Part shown: piece by piece, positions 35,601 to 50,965 of the stretch | How positions within the stretch are numbered: the first letter of the stretch is position 1 | How the letters are laid out: each line of letters opens with the position of its first letter | From: Acanthopagrus schlegelii | Lineage: Eukaryota | Length of the DNA stretch: 64,000 bases | NCBI GenBank assembly: GCA_041753875.1 | Contig: CM085480.1 | Coordinates: 5,799,958-5,863,957 of the forward strand | Reading direction: 5' to 3' | The notes under the pieces: model-generated | Told to the model about the DNA's origin: nothing | The model's input: only the letters and a program-made list of their open reading frames with translations | Databases searched by the model: none | Made by a program: the position numbers and the translations under genes

Positions 35601-36571
35601 CCCCACTGCTCTGAAGACTTGCTTAGATACAATGCTGGTGGTCATATTGCCATGTATTTTCTGGTAACCTTTGCAAGTAGGTACATCGGGTATCTGGACC
35701 GGTTGTTGTTGCACCAAGCAAGAAGATGTGAAGTCCAGGGCTTCCTTGAGCACAGAGTCTTGGGGATGGGTTTTAACTGGGTCTGGTCTCTTGTTTTGCT
35801 GAGGAGGTGGGCCAGCTTCTTTTTCTTGTCTCTGTCTGTTGAAGCACTGGGTCTTGGCTGCACAGCTCCATCGTCCTGCTCATCGAAATTCTTTCCCTCG
35901 TCATCAAGCTCATAGCCAAACAGGAAAAAAAGACATCTCAGGGTTTTTTTGTAGGTTGAAGCCAACAGGTGCACAGTGCGTCGTTCTGGATGGCACGTTC
36001 TCCGATCAGGAAGTTAAACTGCCTCTGTGTCACTGTGTCAAACATGCATGGTGTGAAGAAAAGAGGGGGTGTGACTTGACTGTGTCACCATGGTAATGCA
36101 GTAACAGCGGCAGGCCTGCTAAAAAACACTTGCATTTTGTAGTAGAATAAGAGTGAGAATACAACAAACATTATAATGTATATATCATATATCATATATA
36201 ATATTATATAATTAATAAATATTCATTCATTCATCAGGAAAAGGGATCTCTGATGGATTCTGGTGGTTCACCACACATTTATTCACTCCTGTTTTGAGTT
36301 AGTTTAAAGTCAACAATCCAATGCAATAGTCCATTTATTTTTTAGAAAAGTGCCAATTGAAAAGGACCACAGACTTATTTGGACATGTTTGTGTACCATT
36401 ACACAGATTTGGAACTTAAAGATATTGAGTTGGTGGTTTATGTTTCCTGTGCAAGCTATTTTGTCACCTCTAAAAACTGATGACTTCCTGAAAACCGTGA
36501 GAGATGTTGAATCCACCATCATCATATACATGCGCTGACCGTTCAGGAGACAGCCGGTTACCTTTTGAGCG

Positions 36572-36641
36572 ATGGAGGAGATCTATGCAAATGTTGATTA
36601 CAACAAGCCTGTCGACCCAACACCTTCAACAAATCAGACAG
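36572..36641 (+). CDS. Gene D exon 1: the duplicate of gene B in copy 2 of the duplicated segment
   Basis: Same sequence and splice sites as 4503-4572, offset about 32068. Confidence 0.75.
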
Positions 36642-36735
36642 GTAAGAATGCTCACACACACACATGGGTTGTGCATATTGATGTTGTGTATTATCCTGTG
36701 TTATGATCATGATATCATGTCCTCTCTGTGTTCAG

Positions 36736-36837
36736 GTCCCAGGAGCTCAGAGAGGAGGCTTCATGGAGCCGTGGTTCTCTGTCTGGGGCTGCTCAGTGTT
36801 GTCCTGCTGGTTGGACTCATCAGCCTCGGTGTCACCT
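36736..36837 (+). CDS. Gene D exon 2: TM anchor
   Basis: Homolog of 4667-4768. Confidence 0.8.
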
Positions 36838-37246
36838 GTGAGTCTGTTTTTCATCAGTCAGTGTCGGGTGAACTTGTGAGAGATGCTCGTGTCTTTATGA
36901 ATATGATTTTACAGCCATGGTAAATATATTCCAGCAGCTAACGCAGCAAAATGACATATTTGAACATCTGTGGATGATGAAGAGCTGAACCATGTTTGAA
37001 TTCAGGTGCAGGTTGCTCAGTATTTAGATATTTGCTGGGGAAACATCAGAGCATATTATTATAAAGACTGTACATCACTGTTTGGACTTCAAGTTCATTT
37101 CAGCCCTCAGGTTGATATTTCATAGACTGCATGAGCAGAATGAACATCTTCCTCTGTCAGGACAAATTAGGATGATTTTGACTCAAATATAGAACCTTTA
37201 GTCAGTATTGGTATCAATGCATGAGTGAATCTTGATTTAATTTCAG

Positions 37247-37372
37247 ACTGGGATTTAGCTGCAGAACACTCCACTGTCAAAGCCAACCTGACGGAGCGTC
37301 TCCAGGCCAGTAATGACAAGCTGTCCTCAGTATCCAAAGAGCTGGACAGACTTCAGAGTTTGTCCAAACAGA
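37247..37372 (+). CDS. Gene D exon 3: neck, 126-nt form
   Basis: Homolog of 5179-5304, reading DWD where B reads DRD. Confidence 0.8.
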
Positions 37373-40300
37373 GTGAGTGCTCGCCTGCCTGTGTGTGTTC
37401 TGCACAGCTGTCTGTTAACATGAAGGACAGGAGCTGCCACGGCCTCATTTATAGAACACCTATATACAGAGACTGTGCTGATCAGACACTCTCACTTCTG
37501 TCAGTTACATTTATGGCCGGTTTGACTTGTACCAATAACTTTATTCATTTTTTAATTCCTTCAAGCAGGAATATATATATAAGTTAAAGCACCTTTTTAC
37601 TTGGATATCTTAACAAGTTCCAGATTATAGTGTTTTTTTTAATGCTATGTCTTCAGTGTGGCCACTGACTCTGTGACAGGATCCTTCCTCAGCTTCACAC
37701 TTTCACTTCCCTATAAGGTTGTGAACCACCTAATGAAAGTGCAGCCTTTTCTAGGGTGGAATACAATATTTTTCGCTCTTTGAAGATTGTTCCTTTTTGT
37801 CGAGCAATTAAAAAAAATGATCTTGTCAATTACAAGCTTTGTGATTAATTAATCAAAATCAATCACATATGGAGCCGATATTTTAACCTTCAGTCCTCCG
37901 GTTGTATACAAATTCATAATTGCACAAAACATTGCTCCTGTAAATAGTTCCATGGGCATTTTAATGCAGCACCACTCCATTGTGGTTTGGTATTAATATC
38001 CATGCTAAACTTTTCAAATGCATTCATTCCTGTAGTAGTCTATTCTTTATAGTACATACATTCTAAATGTCTATTTTTATTCCAGTGTCATAAAGAGGCC
38101 GTCTTTGTAGCAGGAATATTGGTCAGGTCGAAGCATTTATGTGTGCAGCGTTTGAGTCCGGGACAAATTTCATCAGGGGGGACAGCAGAGTGTATTGTCA
38201 TCTTCATTGACATCATTCAGCAGGAAAATTATTCTTGAAATTAAACGTGCAAATAACAACAGAAACAGCTGACAGGCCCTTAAACAAAAAGTGAAGACAT
38301 AAATTAAAGCGGACATCTGCTGCGACAATTTCTTATATACAGGCCACTCATTTAAAGAAAAAAATGAAATAATAGATGTCTACCAAACTGAGATAAAAGC
38401 AGTCCATGGTTATGTTTTCTAACTTTAGCCGCTATATACATGTAATAAACATGCAAATGAATAGAACACTCTTTTAAAGGTCCCATATTATACTGTTTTT
38501 CATGTATTTCACACAGCTGTCAGAGGTCCAACAACACTGTATTCGATATGCATTGCCCCAAACCATCCATAGTCCTGAATTTCAGCTGTCTAAAAGTCCC
38601 TCAATTGAGCTCTACTGAATGCAGGCTGTTCAGGCTGCAGGCTAATGAGCTCTGTCTTGCCTGTTACACACCCCTCTCCGGGGGAGGATGACGCTTGCGC
38701 TACCGGTAGCATGCACTTGTGTTTTGCAGTGGATGTATGGCTATGGCTCGCGGTGATGCTTTTGTTCAACCATACCAGTTTGACCCAGAACTGGACCCAG
38801 AAGGAGAGGCTCCTGAGGAAGTACAGACCTTGTGGCTGCAGCAGGATGTTTCAGAATGGTTAGTGTGTCTGAATGATGTTAGTTTGTTCATATGTATTAC
38901 AATTACTGCCATGTAGCTAATGGCTAACAGCTAGTGAAAGCTGTGTTTGTCTCCAACACAGTCTCTAAACTCTTGGACACTGTTAGCATCGTCTCTGTCT
39001 CCAGTCTGCACGTTTCCAGATTTTTTACTGTGACAACCAAGCTCCATCATAAAATGATTAATATTAAACTCACTTGAAACACAATTGCATTGTGGACCAA
39101 AGCAGAGCTAACTATTAACTAACCAAGTTCCAGCTGACCTCACCACTCGTAGGTAACTGTAAATACTATCAAACCGCAGCGACACTTACCTGTGGCTCAG
39201 GTGCAGTTGCTGGGTCCGGTATGGTTGGGACTGATCTTTGTGCGAGGGTCAGTGTCGAGGCAAAGCCAGCTTTGTACTGACACTCGTTACTGAAGCTGTC
39301 TGATGTTAAGTGGTTAGCACACACACACAAACTAACACAACCCGTAGCCGGCACGTTGTCGTTAAAAAATGAAACGCAACCACTGTCTCCTCTGTTGTTC
39401 TGTAGCTGGGACAGAATATAGGCACTGATGTTGATTTTTACAACCAACAATAGAGTAATTTGCGTGTCTAACTCTGAGCGACGACATTGCTAAACATTGC
39501 TATCTTACAGCTGGACACACAGAACTTCACCTTGGGGATGGACGCCCCCCTCTCGGATATCTACTATCATTGTGCAGAGGAAGCCTGTCTATGTAAATGG
39601 CTACTTTCATTACGTAATGAAAGGAGCTGAATCTCAACAGACTGTAGGAGCGCTGTTTTACCAGTGGGTGGGCTGCAGAGACCATGCAGGAATCTGGTTT
39701 TACCAGTGGGTGGGCTGCAGAGACCATGCAGGACTCGTTTGCTTTCCTCATTCTGGGAGTTGGCAGGCTCAGGGAGGACCAGCTTATATATGTAGACACC
39801 AGAGAAAATGTGTTTTTCATAATATGGGACCTTTAAATGAACGTCAGGCCACTTCTTTGCATTTCAAAGTCACATGCGTAAAATAAAGTTGGATTCTGGA
39901 GGTTCCCCACACATTCATTCACTCCTGTTTTGAGGTAGTTTAAAGTCAATGATCCAACATGAAATAATCCATTCATTCCTCCTAAAATCAAATCTATATC
40001 ATCCAACTATTTCAAGGTTTTAGGTTTTATTTTTCGTATTCATTTTTACCTTTGAAGGTGTTAGTTAAGGTTTGGGTTTTTAGGAAGAAAGAAAACAGCC
40101 TTGTAGAATGAACATGTTTTTACAGTTCAAACGGGGAAAGAGGTGGGACCAACTCTTCAACACATCTTAATGACGTAACAATGCGCAAATCTTCAGTAGA
40201 GATCAATACCTTCCATTTCAAAGATTTAAAGGTTTTTGTTACATAAAAAAGATTCTGATTTTGATGAGTTATTTTGTTCCATTATGATTAAAGCAAATAT

Positions 40301-40437
40301 AAATTAGTAGTGAATATCAGTTTGAACATCAGATAACAACAGTTTCATCCAAAGAACATACACTTAATCCACAACCTCCCAAGCTGAGCAACATGGACCT
40401 TGTCTGATCTTTAACGTCACTTTGATGCTTTTTCCAG

Positions 40438-40580
40438 AGAGAACTTGTCCTGCAGGATGGCAGATGTTCAGTTGCACCTGCTATCTCTTCTCCACTAAGA
40501 CTGATTCTTGGGAAAATGGCAGACAAGACTGCAGAGACAGAGGAGCAGAGCTGGTGACCATTGACACTGATGAAGAACAG
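40438..40580 (+). CDS. Gene D exon 4: CRD exon 1
   Basis: Identical to 8370-8512. Confidence 0.85.
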
Positions 40581-42735
40581 GTAGTGAGGAGTTTTTCCTT
40601 ACAGAGCCTCGATAGATTGTAAAGTCCTCTGAGACAAATTTGTGACTTGTAAATAAAATTGACTCCTACATGCCTTCTTACCTTCCTACATACTTTATGC
40701 GCACCTCCGTTTTTGCCCCCCAAAAAAGTAAAGGAACAAATTACTGAGAGACAGAGAGATCACACAACATTAATCAGAAACAGTCAGCGAGCCTGGCAGG
40801 AGTTGAGCCACTTGACAGAACGCACAAAAGTGAGATTCTTATGGTGAGTGCACATGAGGACAAGATGGGCAGCTCCCTCCAGCCAATGTCTCTGTTCTTG
40901 GAGGGCGAAAACAACGGCCCTTTGCCAATGTTGCAGGGGTCATGAGAGGAAAGCACAGGCAGGAAGCTTTTGTTCATTGCTGTGACAGGACGGCTCCTGC
41001 TCCGGTGTCAGAGGAGTCAACCTCTGGATCCAAATATTGATACCAACGTTGGTGTTGACTTTGCTCCTCCTACCCCCTCTTCTGTTTTGATGTTCTGTAC
41101 TGTCACATGACTCAGCAGCACTAGGCAAACAAGCAGACAGAGCAGAAGAATGGCAGAGAGGAAGAGGAGCACCACGTGGCTATATTTTCAGGCCGTAAAT
41201 GAAGCAACTGCAAGCTGTATAATTTGCAAAAAGGCTGTAAGATAAAGTAGTAACACAAGAAGGGCTACAGAAACAGAGCCCAGGCCCCCGACCCAGAGGC
41301 AGAGGTCATTGGCAGAGGCCTTTCAGTCTGGCAGAGAATATAGTGGTGAAAGTAGTATTTTAGTCATCTTTGGGATTAGTTAATATTAATTTTCAAAGTG
41401 AAACTGGTCTGGTCTTGTATAAATTATGCTAAGACCTTGATATAATAGATTTATCCCATTAAAACACATTTAAATGAATACATTTACTGGAATTGAAACA
41501 AATATAGTGAATATAATATGAGTCAGATTTGATTGAGTAAAATTTGCCTTTTGTGTTAACTGTGTATGCTTACTATAATCAAACTTCAAGTGGATGTTTT
41601 TCACACTTTATTATTTTATCATTTCACTTAGCTGATTCCCCAAGAGTTTCCGAACACTCTCCCTACAAAAAATAACACACAGAGGAGCCTGCTGTGCACG
41701 AGCAGACTTGTAACCACGGTAACGGAGGATGCCAGATAACCAAGATGTCACATTCAAATAACAACAACTTAATCCCTGATTGTTCTATTTCTAGTACCAC
41801 TAAATTTAAATGACGAGTGCCTCATGCAGATCACTGTAGTAACCCGAGTAACAAACAATATTCCTCACATTGCGGTAGACAGAGTTACCATGAAATCATT
41901 ATCCAGTGCAATGTGGAAATGTTAATTCTTTAAACCAATTCAACCACTTCAGAGCGTCCTGAACACAAACTAATGTTATAACCACCCAGTCACTTGAAAG
42001 GCACTTTTGCTAACCAGTAGCCATAAAGACAGAGCTAAACACTGGAGTTAGTATACAAGCTAACAAGTTAGATTTACCATCAAGCTACGGAGCTCGACTG
42101 CAACAGGGGTCCTTACTTGTCCAGCAGAAAAGCCACTAACTCTGCGTTGCTCTTGAGCCCTTACAAATCCCACAGTTCCCTCCACCTCTGAAATGACGCT
42201 CCGATATTTATCCTTGTTTTCTCTGTGGCTCAGTCCAATTCTGTCCTTTTACACTGCTTTTCTTCCTCAGTCTTCTCATTTCTTCTCTTTGACATGGGCA
42301 GTGGTGGGGCATTGTTCAGCTCTGTTGTTGTTGTCTGTTCTCCACCATTATTTACAGTTTAGGCTTGAACTTATCTGACCAGGGTGAGAGCAGGCATGGT
42401 GCCTGCTTGGGGGAGGGGTACTGCCCAGTACATGCTGCATGAGGGAGGGGGGCTGCCAGCAGCATGCACATGAGTGATTGATACTTCTCAGCCACTCCCC
42501 TTAGCTGTGATTGGTTGTACTGAGCCATAGCACAATATAACATCTGCAAATCAAATTGAGGCCACTGGGTGGAGCCACAGACAGTGGATTTTTGCACAGC
42601 TGACCTGTATCTTATTCAGGTGCTCATAAAAGTTTGATATGCATGTTATTGTATTGCTCAGATGAATCCCTATTAAATGTAATATGGTTCAGAATTAACT
42701 GGAAATAATGGCTTTTTTTCCTTTACTTCGGACAG

Positions 42736-42839
42736 GAATTCATCTCTAAAATCATCAAGGAAGATACTTGGATTGGTTTGAATGACAGAGACAAGGAGGG
42801 GACCTGGAGATGGATAGATGGAACTCCGCCAACTGTGGT
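42736..42839 (+). CDS. Gene D exon 5: CRD exon 2
   Basis: Homolog of 10668-10771. Confidence 0.85.
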
Positions 42840-42943
42840 GTAAGGCAAACAGTAGCAGACTCTACATTACTAGAGTCATTTCTGTCTGATTGAACAATTG
42901 TTATCAGAATCCGACTGACTCACTTCCTTTAATAACCTCCTAG

Positions 42944-43100
42944 GTACTGGTTTGAAACACAGCCTGATAATGGTGGTGGAAACCCAAAGTGGGGCGAAGA
43001 GGACTGTATACACCTCATATTTGGTGAGAATGCCAAAAGGAACTGGAATGATCTGCGATGTGACAAGTCTCTGAAGTGGATCTGTGCCAAAATGCCTTAG
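42944..43100 (+). CDS. Gene D exon 6: CRD exon 3 with QPD and WND, stop TAG at 43098-43100
   Basis: Homolog of 10876-11032. Confidence 0.85.
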
Positions 43101-45821
43101 TTTTGAAACAAAGCAATGACAATGAAAGTGAGATGATTATGAAAATGTCAGAGAGAGAAAGAGTAGACAACATGTTTAGGGGTGTTATTGAGCATTTAGC
43201 ATGTGTATACCTTATTCTATCATAAAGACAGGCTGTTAATAGGAGGATAATAATAATAAAGTTGTTTGATATCATATCTGAAGGATCTGCATGTCTTGTC
43301 AAAATTCTTGTTGCACAAAATAAATGCAGCAGCCAGTTTCCACGACACAGCCAAGAGCTTTCAGTGTAAGAACCCTAATGTATTTGTACTTAACTTTTCA
43401 AGGTGATGATACTGTACACAAGATATCTGATGTGAAAGTTACTATGTTGTTCCCCATCAAATAGAATGTATGTTCCTGAAAGAGCTCATGTAGCTCTAAT
43501 TCTAACTCTGGTGACAAGACTACAAAACTTAACAACCCAAGTATGCTTATACTTAATTTTTTTCAGTCAGGACAACTTGTTCAATAAAGACCTTTATGCT
43601 AACATTCACCGCTTTGACCAATTCAGACGCACCAATTTTTCTAACTATTATGACCCCTCTCTCAGATTAGTTACTATAACATTTCAAAGTCCAGCTCTAA
43701 ATTTCTAAAGCTATGATTTAACGGCGACAAGTTGTTTTTCCTGATGGTGAGTGTGGGAACGTGGTGATCTTTGTGTTGACATGTCCAGGAGCCCGGAGCC
43801 ATTAATCAGCTCTCTGTGTGCCTTAAAGGTTAACTGAGTTTGACCCTCATGCCAGATGATGCCTTTTTGTCAAATGCCCTCTCATAATGTTACTGGTGCT
43901 GCAGAATAAACCTCCCCTCTTCTTCCTGCTTTAAGTACCAACGGCCTGCAGGCATAATTCAATCACCTTGATTGCAGGGCGGTGCTGCGCAGACCTATAT
44001 GTAAGTGCGTGCCTTCCTCATCAGATGTGTGTCTGCTGCCCTGTTATATGGAGCCTGGTTTCCGCGTTGGCGGCGTGGTTGTTTCCGAAGCTGTGTGTGT
44101 CGGATCGTATTTTCCCACTGAGATTGTAAGCGGAGCTGGCCTGTGTGCTGGCTGAAGGGACTGGGTTGGAGCCCAGAGTCCGTGCTTAACGACCTGAGCG
44201 TAACGGCCCGTGTGCGCTCGGCGTTGCTTTGCTGAGCTGCTGCGCTTCATCCCCGGTGTCTCTCACTCCCGTTGACGGGGCCGCTGCACGGGAAACCTTC
44301 CGGCCAAGCTGGACACCACGGCAGGTGGTTTATTCCCAACCATAAGCCGTCTGCTCGCTGGGAATCCCCGCTGTTCTGTCTGCGCTGTTCCGTCTGCATT
44401 GTCTGTCCACGCTGCTCTGCTTTACTCTGTCCGCTCACGCTACACCGAGCATAATTAAAGGAGCATTCAGGACTTTTATTTAACTAGGACATGACCATTG
44501 GATTGTCGGTACAGGATCACTTCATTCATTTTTCATTTATGTTTTTTTGTTGTAACCCCCAGTGTTTAATTTTATATTTTCCTTATTCCATTATTCATTT
44601 AGCCCATTGGTCATAGTGTCTGTGTGAAGCACAAGTAAACCCAGTGCTGACATCCTGACCCTATTCCAGTGTGGTAGTGCTCTTTGAAGCCAGTGTGGTG
44701 TTTTGCGCTGTGCCCACCTTCCATGACTTGATTTTATTAATGTTTGCTGATTCTTTCATCAAACAGCTGCTGAGCCTGAGCGGGTGGCTGACTGATCCCT
44801 TTGGTGGCGGTCACCTTCACTTCCTTTTTCAGCAGCGTGCAATGTGGTGTGATCTGATGGTGTGTGTGTGTGGGGGGGGGGGGGTTTCCTGTTTGGTGTG
44901 TCTCATTGGACCCCTTCCCCTCTCCATCAGCTAGTCACCTTTGCTGGGAGGCCCACAGCCCTGCGCACTACACCTTTTAATTTTGATTATACTTTTGAGT
45001 GAAGGTTATGGGGCCAAAAGAATAACTGTGCAATATTGGGCTAAAAGGGTAACTCCACCAGAGTACAATACTATTAAAGAATTGTATTCATTTAAAGAGC
45101 TTAAATAAACTTGTGTATTTTTGGAAGCACATGAGTGATTTTGGACCTGTGACCTTTTCTGTGTAGTACCATTTAAAATTTAAGTTAAAATGTAAACCCT
45201 TGCTGCTTCGCCACAATAAGTAGAGAGCATAGGCTAACCCATAAGCCAGAGGTAAATGCCTATAGGTGGTTCCAGAAGAGCACAACTCTGGATGAGAGGA
45301 TTCCTTTCAAGGGGAAATCAAGCAATATATGCGAGGCAAGCCAAACCCATGGGGATTCAAAGTGTGGGTGAGAATTAGAATCTCTGGTGTGACTTCAGTT
45401 TCTACCACGGCAGTGTCAGTGGAATACGAGCCGAATCTGAACTTGGATTGTCAGGTCATGCTGTGATGAAGCTTGCTTCCACACTTCCAGATGTAACCTT
45501 TTAAGAAGGTACAGAGTACACAGGGGCTTCAATGAAGAGGCCACAACAGACAGTGTGAGTCATACATGCCATTTATTTTATTACAACTAAAACTCTAAGA
45601 ACACAGGCAAGAGGAGACAAGAGGCCAGACAGTCATACTAAATATATCATTATAAACCCAACACACTTCAGAAAAAACACCACATTACTACAGTGTGCAA
45701 CCACAAACAATATCACCATCTAAAGTGAACTCTCAGCATCAGCCTCGCCAGCTGCAGCACTAGAGACAAAAGGAGACAGAATGTTAACACTCTAAAAGAA
45801 TTCCAGTCCTATAAAAAACTA

Positions 45822-46232
<411 letters not shown>

Positions 46233-49200
46233 AATTTAAATTTAAAATGTTTTTTTATATATATATATATTTAAATGAGCATGAGGCCACTTCTTTGCAT
46301 TTCAAAGTGAAGAAATACATTTAAAAGCTCACGTGTGTTCCTTAGATTAAAAAAAACAAAACATGGCTAATGAATTGTCTCCTGTTGAGACTTAGGTTTC
46401 CTCAGCCCAGGTTTGTCTAACGCCGGACAAAACAACGTGAACATGGTGTACTATATTTTGGGGCGGTATCTCTATTTAAATTTGAGGGCAAATGCTCAGC
46501 AACACCCACATGAAATTCAATGAGATCTCACGTGGTGTGGTGTTTAAAAAAAAAAGAAACAAAAGAAATAGAATGAAAAAAACATAAAGGGAATAATCCC
46601 CACTGTAAGTACTAGCACGTTATTTATCCATGCCTTTAAAATGCCTTGTGTCTTTTATAAGACTTTGTTTCAGGCCTGAGCGGTGGGAGGAGGTGAAGAG
46701 AGCGGTGGACTGGGTCTGCTGGGCTGACCGGCTGCCCATTACTGGTCCACTGAGCAGACACACAAAACGCATAGCTGTAGCCTTGTTAGAGGAGAGAAGG
46801 TAAAAACTTTCAACTAGAAATGTTTTCAAACACAACTGAACTCATTTGTTTGCCTTACCTGCTGTTAAATAACTAAATACAGTATGCTTTCTGCAGTTAG
46901 CAGATTTCTTAAAGTTCCCATGAAACGTATAGTGCACTGCTGTCGGCTGCGGCATGGTTGCGTGTCCTGTAAAAACAGCAGCAATAAAGGGGCACGTCCC
47001 GAATATTGATTGACGTTTACAATAGTTGATAGTGCCTAATGTGCATTACTGAATCTGGCCAGACAAGCAATCTAAGTAAACACAGCTGAACCAGTACATG
47101 TCCACAGGATCCATCGTTTCCACGCTTACCATTCATTGTCTGTGTGTAACCGGATCAACCTTGTGTGTTGAATCAAATGTGTATATAATTACACAAAATC
47201 TGTTACTGCCTGACAAGAAAATGCCTCCAAATCCATTATGTGTAGACTGTGTGTGTAGCTCAAGGCGCCTACTCTTGAATTTCTTCTTCTGTGGTCCTTG
47301 CTATAAATGCCCACCTCTGCCCTTTCGTACAATGTTCCTGTAGGAGAGGTGGGTGTCATTGTTTCATTCAGTTGATAATCACCCTAAACCATCTTATTGT
47401 TTCACTTTGTTTATTATATGTATTTCTGGGCTCTGTCATGACTCTAGAGTCAGGTCCTTGTGTTGCTCTGATTATGTTTTTGTTTTTGTCTTATATTCGC
47501 TTGTCTTGGTATCATGTCTTTGTATCATGTCTTGTGTCATGTTTTGTTTTTCCATGCCCTCTTGTGTCTCTTGTCCTTTAAGTCTTTCCTGTGGTCTGCC
47601 GTCTGTCTCCCTCTGTCTGTCAGCCTTGTTCCCTCCTGGTCTGCTCCTCTGTGCTCCTCCCCCTCGTTATCACACCTGGCCTCCTCCCTCCTCTCTCCTC
47701 ACCTGTTCCTCGTCATGTCATTAGTGTCTGTATATTTAGTCTGTGTGTTTCCTTCACTCCCTGTCCGGTCGTCTTTTGTTTCTATTCTGTCTTTGGTTGT
47801 TCACGCTCCTGCTCATGCTCCTGTTTCCTTTTTGGTAGGTTTTGAATTTTTTTTTTGCTTTTTTTTTTTTCCATGTTTGATTTGACATTTGACTTTGATT
47901 TGAACTTTGTATTTTTGCTTTGCTGCTTTGTCTCGTCCTTGGTTGCTACTTTGTTTTTCATCCCTGTTTGTCTGCTTTTGGTTTTTGTAAACAGCTTTTA
48001 AATAAAAGCTCGCCTATTGTTCCCCTGATCTTGCCTCCTGTGTAACTGCGTTTGGGTCCACCTCCCCTTCCATAGTCTTCCCTATTTACCCCAACCTTAC
48101 AGTCTCAATGTTGTTATTGTTGTTGTTGTTATTATGTCTGTTCCTGTCTAATAATGTATACATGTCAACAGAGTAGCATTTAAAAATAGTAGTTTTAACA
48201 GTTGAAAGCCGCTCGCTTAAAGTCATGACAAAACGAACTTTTGGGTTTGTTTTTATTTTATTTGTATAGGGGCTGTAGTGGACTGTCTGATGCACATAGA
48301 GGTTCTGCTTGTTAATCTTTCAGTCGGGTATGTTTTGCTGAATATGTGGTTTATTCACTGTAAGATATTTTTGCTATGTAGTCGCCCCTTTGGTACAATT
48401 CTCCTGTGGGAGAGGAGCTTGAGTGGACAGTATTATTTACATGGAGGATCTGCTTGTTGTTCTCTCTGTCAGAATAAACGGGGATCATGTCCAAAGAGGT
48501 CCCGGTGTCACAGCATCATTCAAACCAACACAACGCAGAAGCACACCGGTCACACGTGTAAGCAGCCATTTCAAAAGAGAAGGTGCAGTAATGCCTGCAT
48601 CTCATTTGCATAAAGTTAAAGTCTACGCTACTTTATGCAACATCCAGCAGCAGTTTCTCTAGAGACTACTGAGAAGCAAACCACCGTTGAGCTAGAATTA
48701 AGATGGATTCTGCAACTGCCTGGCATATTTCTCACCTAACATGTCTTCAGAAATGCATTTCAATGAGATGTTCTTAAAATAAGCAAAGGTTTCCAAATGA
48801 GCCACCAAATTGGTCTGTTTTGAAATCCTAAATTTGATTTGTGTTGTGCTGCTCTGGAATGGCAGTGTGCTTTGACAAGATTCAGCTCAAGGAACTGAAA
48901 CAAATTGTTGTTGAACTATGAGGCTGCTACACCACTTCTCTTTTTGTTTTTCTCAAGATGGATATAAACGTCACATGTTTCTAATGAGCTACTGACACTT
49001 CGTTTGAGCTGTGTCTTTAGCTGGTTGTGATCAGATGTTTCCTTAAGACAAACATGTTTATACAGCAATTAAACCATCTACAGTTTTAATGTCTAATTTT
49101 ATTCCAGTGTCATGAAGAGGCCGACTTAAAATAGAAAAATAATTAATAGGAGGTGTACCAAATTAAAATAAAAGCAGTTTATGGGTTGTTTTTTTTACTT

Positions 49201-49632
49201 TTGCAGTTTTATACATGGAATTAACATTCAAATGACTTGAACACAGTCTTTAAAATTAACTTGTGGCCATTTCTTTGCATTTCAAAATTAAGAAATGAAT
49301 AAAAAAAAATCTTAGATGTTTCTGTTTTACCATGATGTACTTATTTTATCATCACCAGTTTGTATATATGACATGTCAGATTTATGTTGATCAATTGCAT
49401 GTACTTTAGTGGGACTTGTTTAAGAAGCCCATAAACTACATTTTACATGGAATTAGTGTACGTGCAAATGTAAGTGAACAACCAAACCACGTTTATTCAA
49501 ATGTTTAATTGGACTTTACAGTCTTACAGTCTGGAAATACAGCAGGGATCACAGCCTGATCTGAATCTGTTCATCTTGGTCCATTTATGTGTATAAAGTA
49601 AAAATAGTCTATAATGTCTCCACAGTCACAAT

Positions 49633-50522
49633 AAGATTGAGACACAGCCAAGGCCGAGAGGACAGGCAGAAGAGAGTAGTGACAGCCCATCAGTCTGGGA
49701 GGGCTATAAGGCAGCATCTGGGACAAATGTGCACGCATCTACAATCGGACAAAAACTGAATAGCCATGACAATTGTGGGAGGATTGCTAGAAGGAAGCCT
49801 CTGCTCTCAAAAAGAACAAAGCTGACCGTTTCAACTTTGCCAGAGAGCACTTGGACAAACCAGAGCCTTTTGGAAGTCCATTCTCTGGACAGATGAGTCA
49901 TGTGAAGGTCTGGGGCTGCTTTTCTGCTTCTGGACCTGGAGGACTCCATATTATCCAGGGAACCATGAATTCTCAGGCCTGTCAACAAATTCTTGACCAG
50001 AATCTCCTGCCATCAGTCAGGGAGTTGAAGCTGGGGCGAAAATGGATTGTGCAACATGACAATGACCCAAAGCATTCCAGCAAAACTACAAAGGAATAGC
50101 TTCAGAGAAACAGGATTCGTACTCTGGATTGGCTCAGTCAAAGTCTGGACCTTAATCCAATTGAAATGTTGTGGCGAGACCTGAAGAAGTTGGTACATGC
50201 CACATGTTCCTCCAACCTCTCTCAACTGGCTGAGTTCTGCAAGGAGGAGTGGAGGAGCAAACATCCCCATAAACAGATGTGAGAGACTGAATGAGTGAGA
50301 GAGTAATGGCTTACTTTTGCACGTTAGATTTTCATTTTTTGAAATAAATCTCTTTTGTTGAATTAAATGAAGACATATCCCATGTGTGTGTGTGTGTGTC
50401 CATTATTTTAAATGTCTGCTTTACAAATTGGGATCTTAATGTATGTTTAATATGGTTATTTTAACGTTTTTTACAAAAACAGTGACTGTCTGGAGGGTTC
50501 ACAAACTTTCATGCAGCACTGT
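49633..50522 (+). mobile_element. Tc1-like remnant, the copy-2 duplicate of 17515-18406
   Basis: Near-identical sequence at an offset of about 32117. ORF 49851-50099 encodes the Tc1 transposase core. Confidence 0.85.
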
Positions 50523-50699
50523 ACCATTACACAGATGTGGAACTTAAAGATATTGAGCTGGTGGTGGATGTTTCCTGTGCAACTATTTTCATCACCTTTA
50601 AAAACATGTGACTTCCTGAAAACACTGAGAGATGTTGAATCCACCATCATCATATACATGCGCTGACCGTTTAGGAGAGAGCTGGTTACCTTTTGAGCG

Positions 50700-50769
50700 A
50701 TGGAGGAGATCTATGGAAATGTTGATTACAACAAGCCTGTCGACCCAACACCTTCAACAAATCAGACAG
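50700..50769 (+). CDS. Gene E exon 1: MEEIYGNVDYNKPVDPTPSTNQT, with A6G relative to gene B
   Basis: ATG at 50700, donor cag|GTAAGA. Confidence 0.75.
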
Positions 50770-50863
50770 GTAAGAATGCTCACACACACACATGGGTTGT
50801 GCATATTGATGTTGTGTATTATCCTGTGTTATGATCATGATATCATGTCCTCTCTGTGTTCAG

Positions 50864-50965
50864 GTCCCAGGAGCTCAGAGAGGAGGCTTCATGGAGCCGT
50901 GGTTCTCTGTCTGGGGCTGCTCAGTGTTGTCCTGCTGGTTGGACTCATCAGCCTCGGTGTCACCT
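50864..50965 (+). CDS. Gene E exon 2: TM anchor
   Basis: Homolog of 18748-18849. Confidence 0.8.

Larger units (their letters stand above)
4150..36250. repeat. Tandem segmental duplication, copy 1 (about 32.1 kb). It carries lectin genes B and C plus their transposon content.
   Basis: It is colinear and near-identical to 36250-64000. ORF correspondences show an offset of 32066-32135 across the whole length. Confidence 0.9.

Noticed and set aside
35642-36096. Overlapping ORFs: 110 aa on the minus strand at 35642-35974, and 85 aa on the plus strand at 35839-36096
   Set aside because: I could not recognise any domain. The region is flanked by purine-rich low complexity and interspersed repeats. 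It is left unannotated rather than called a gene.
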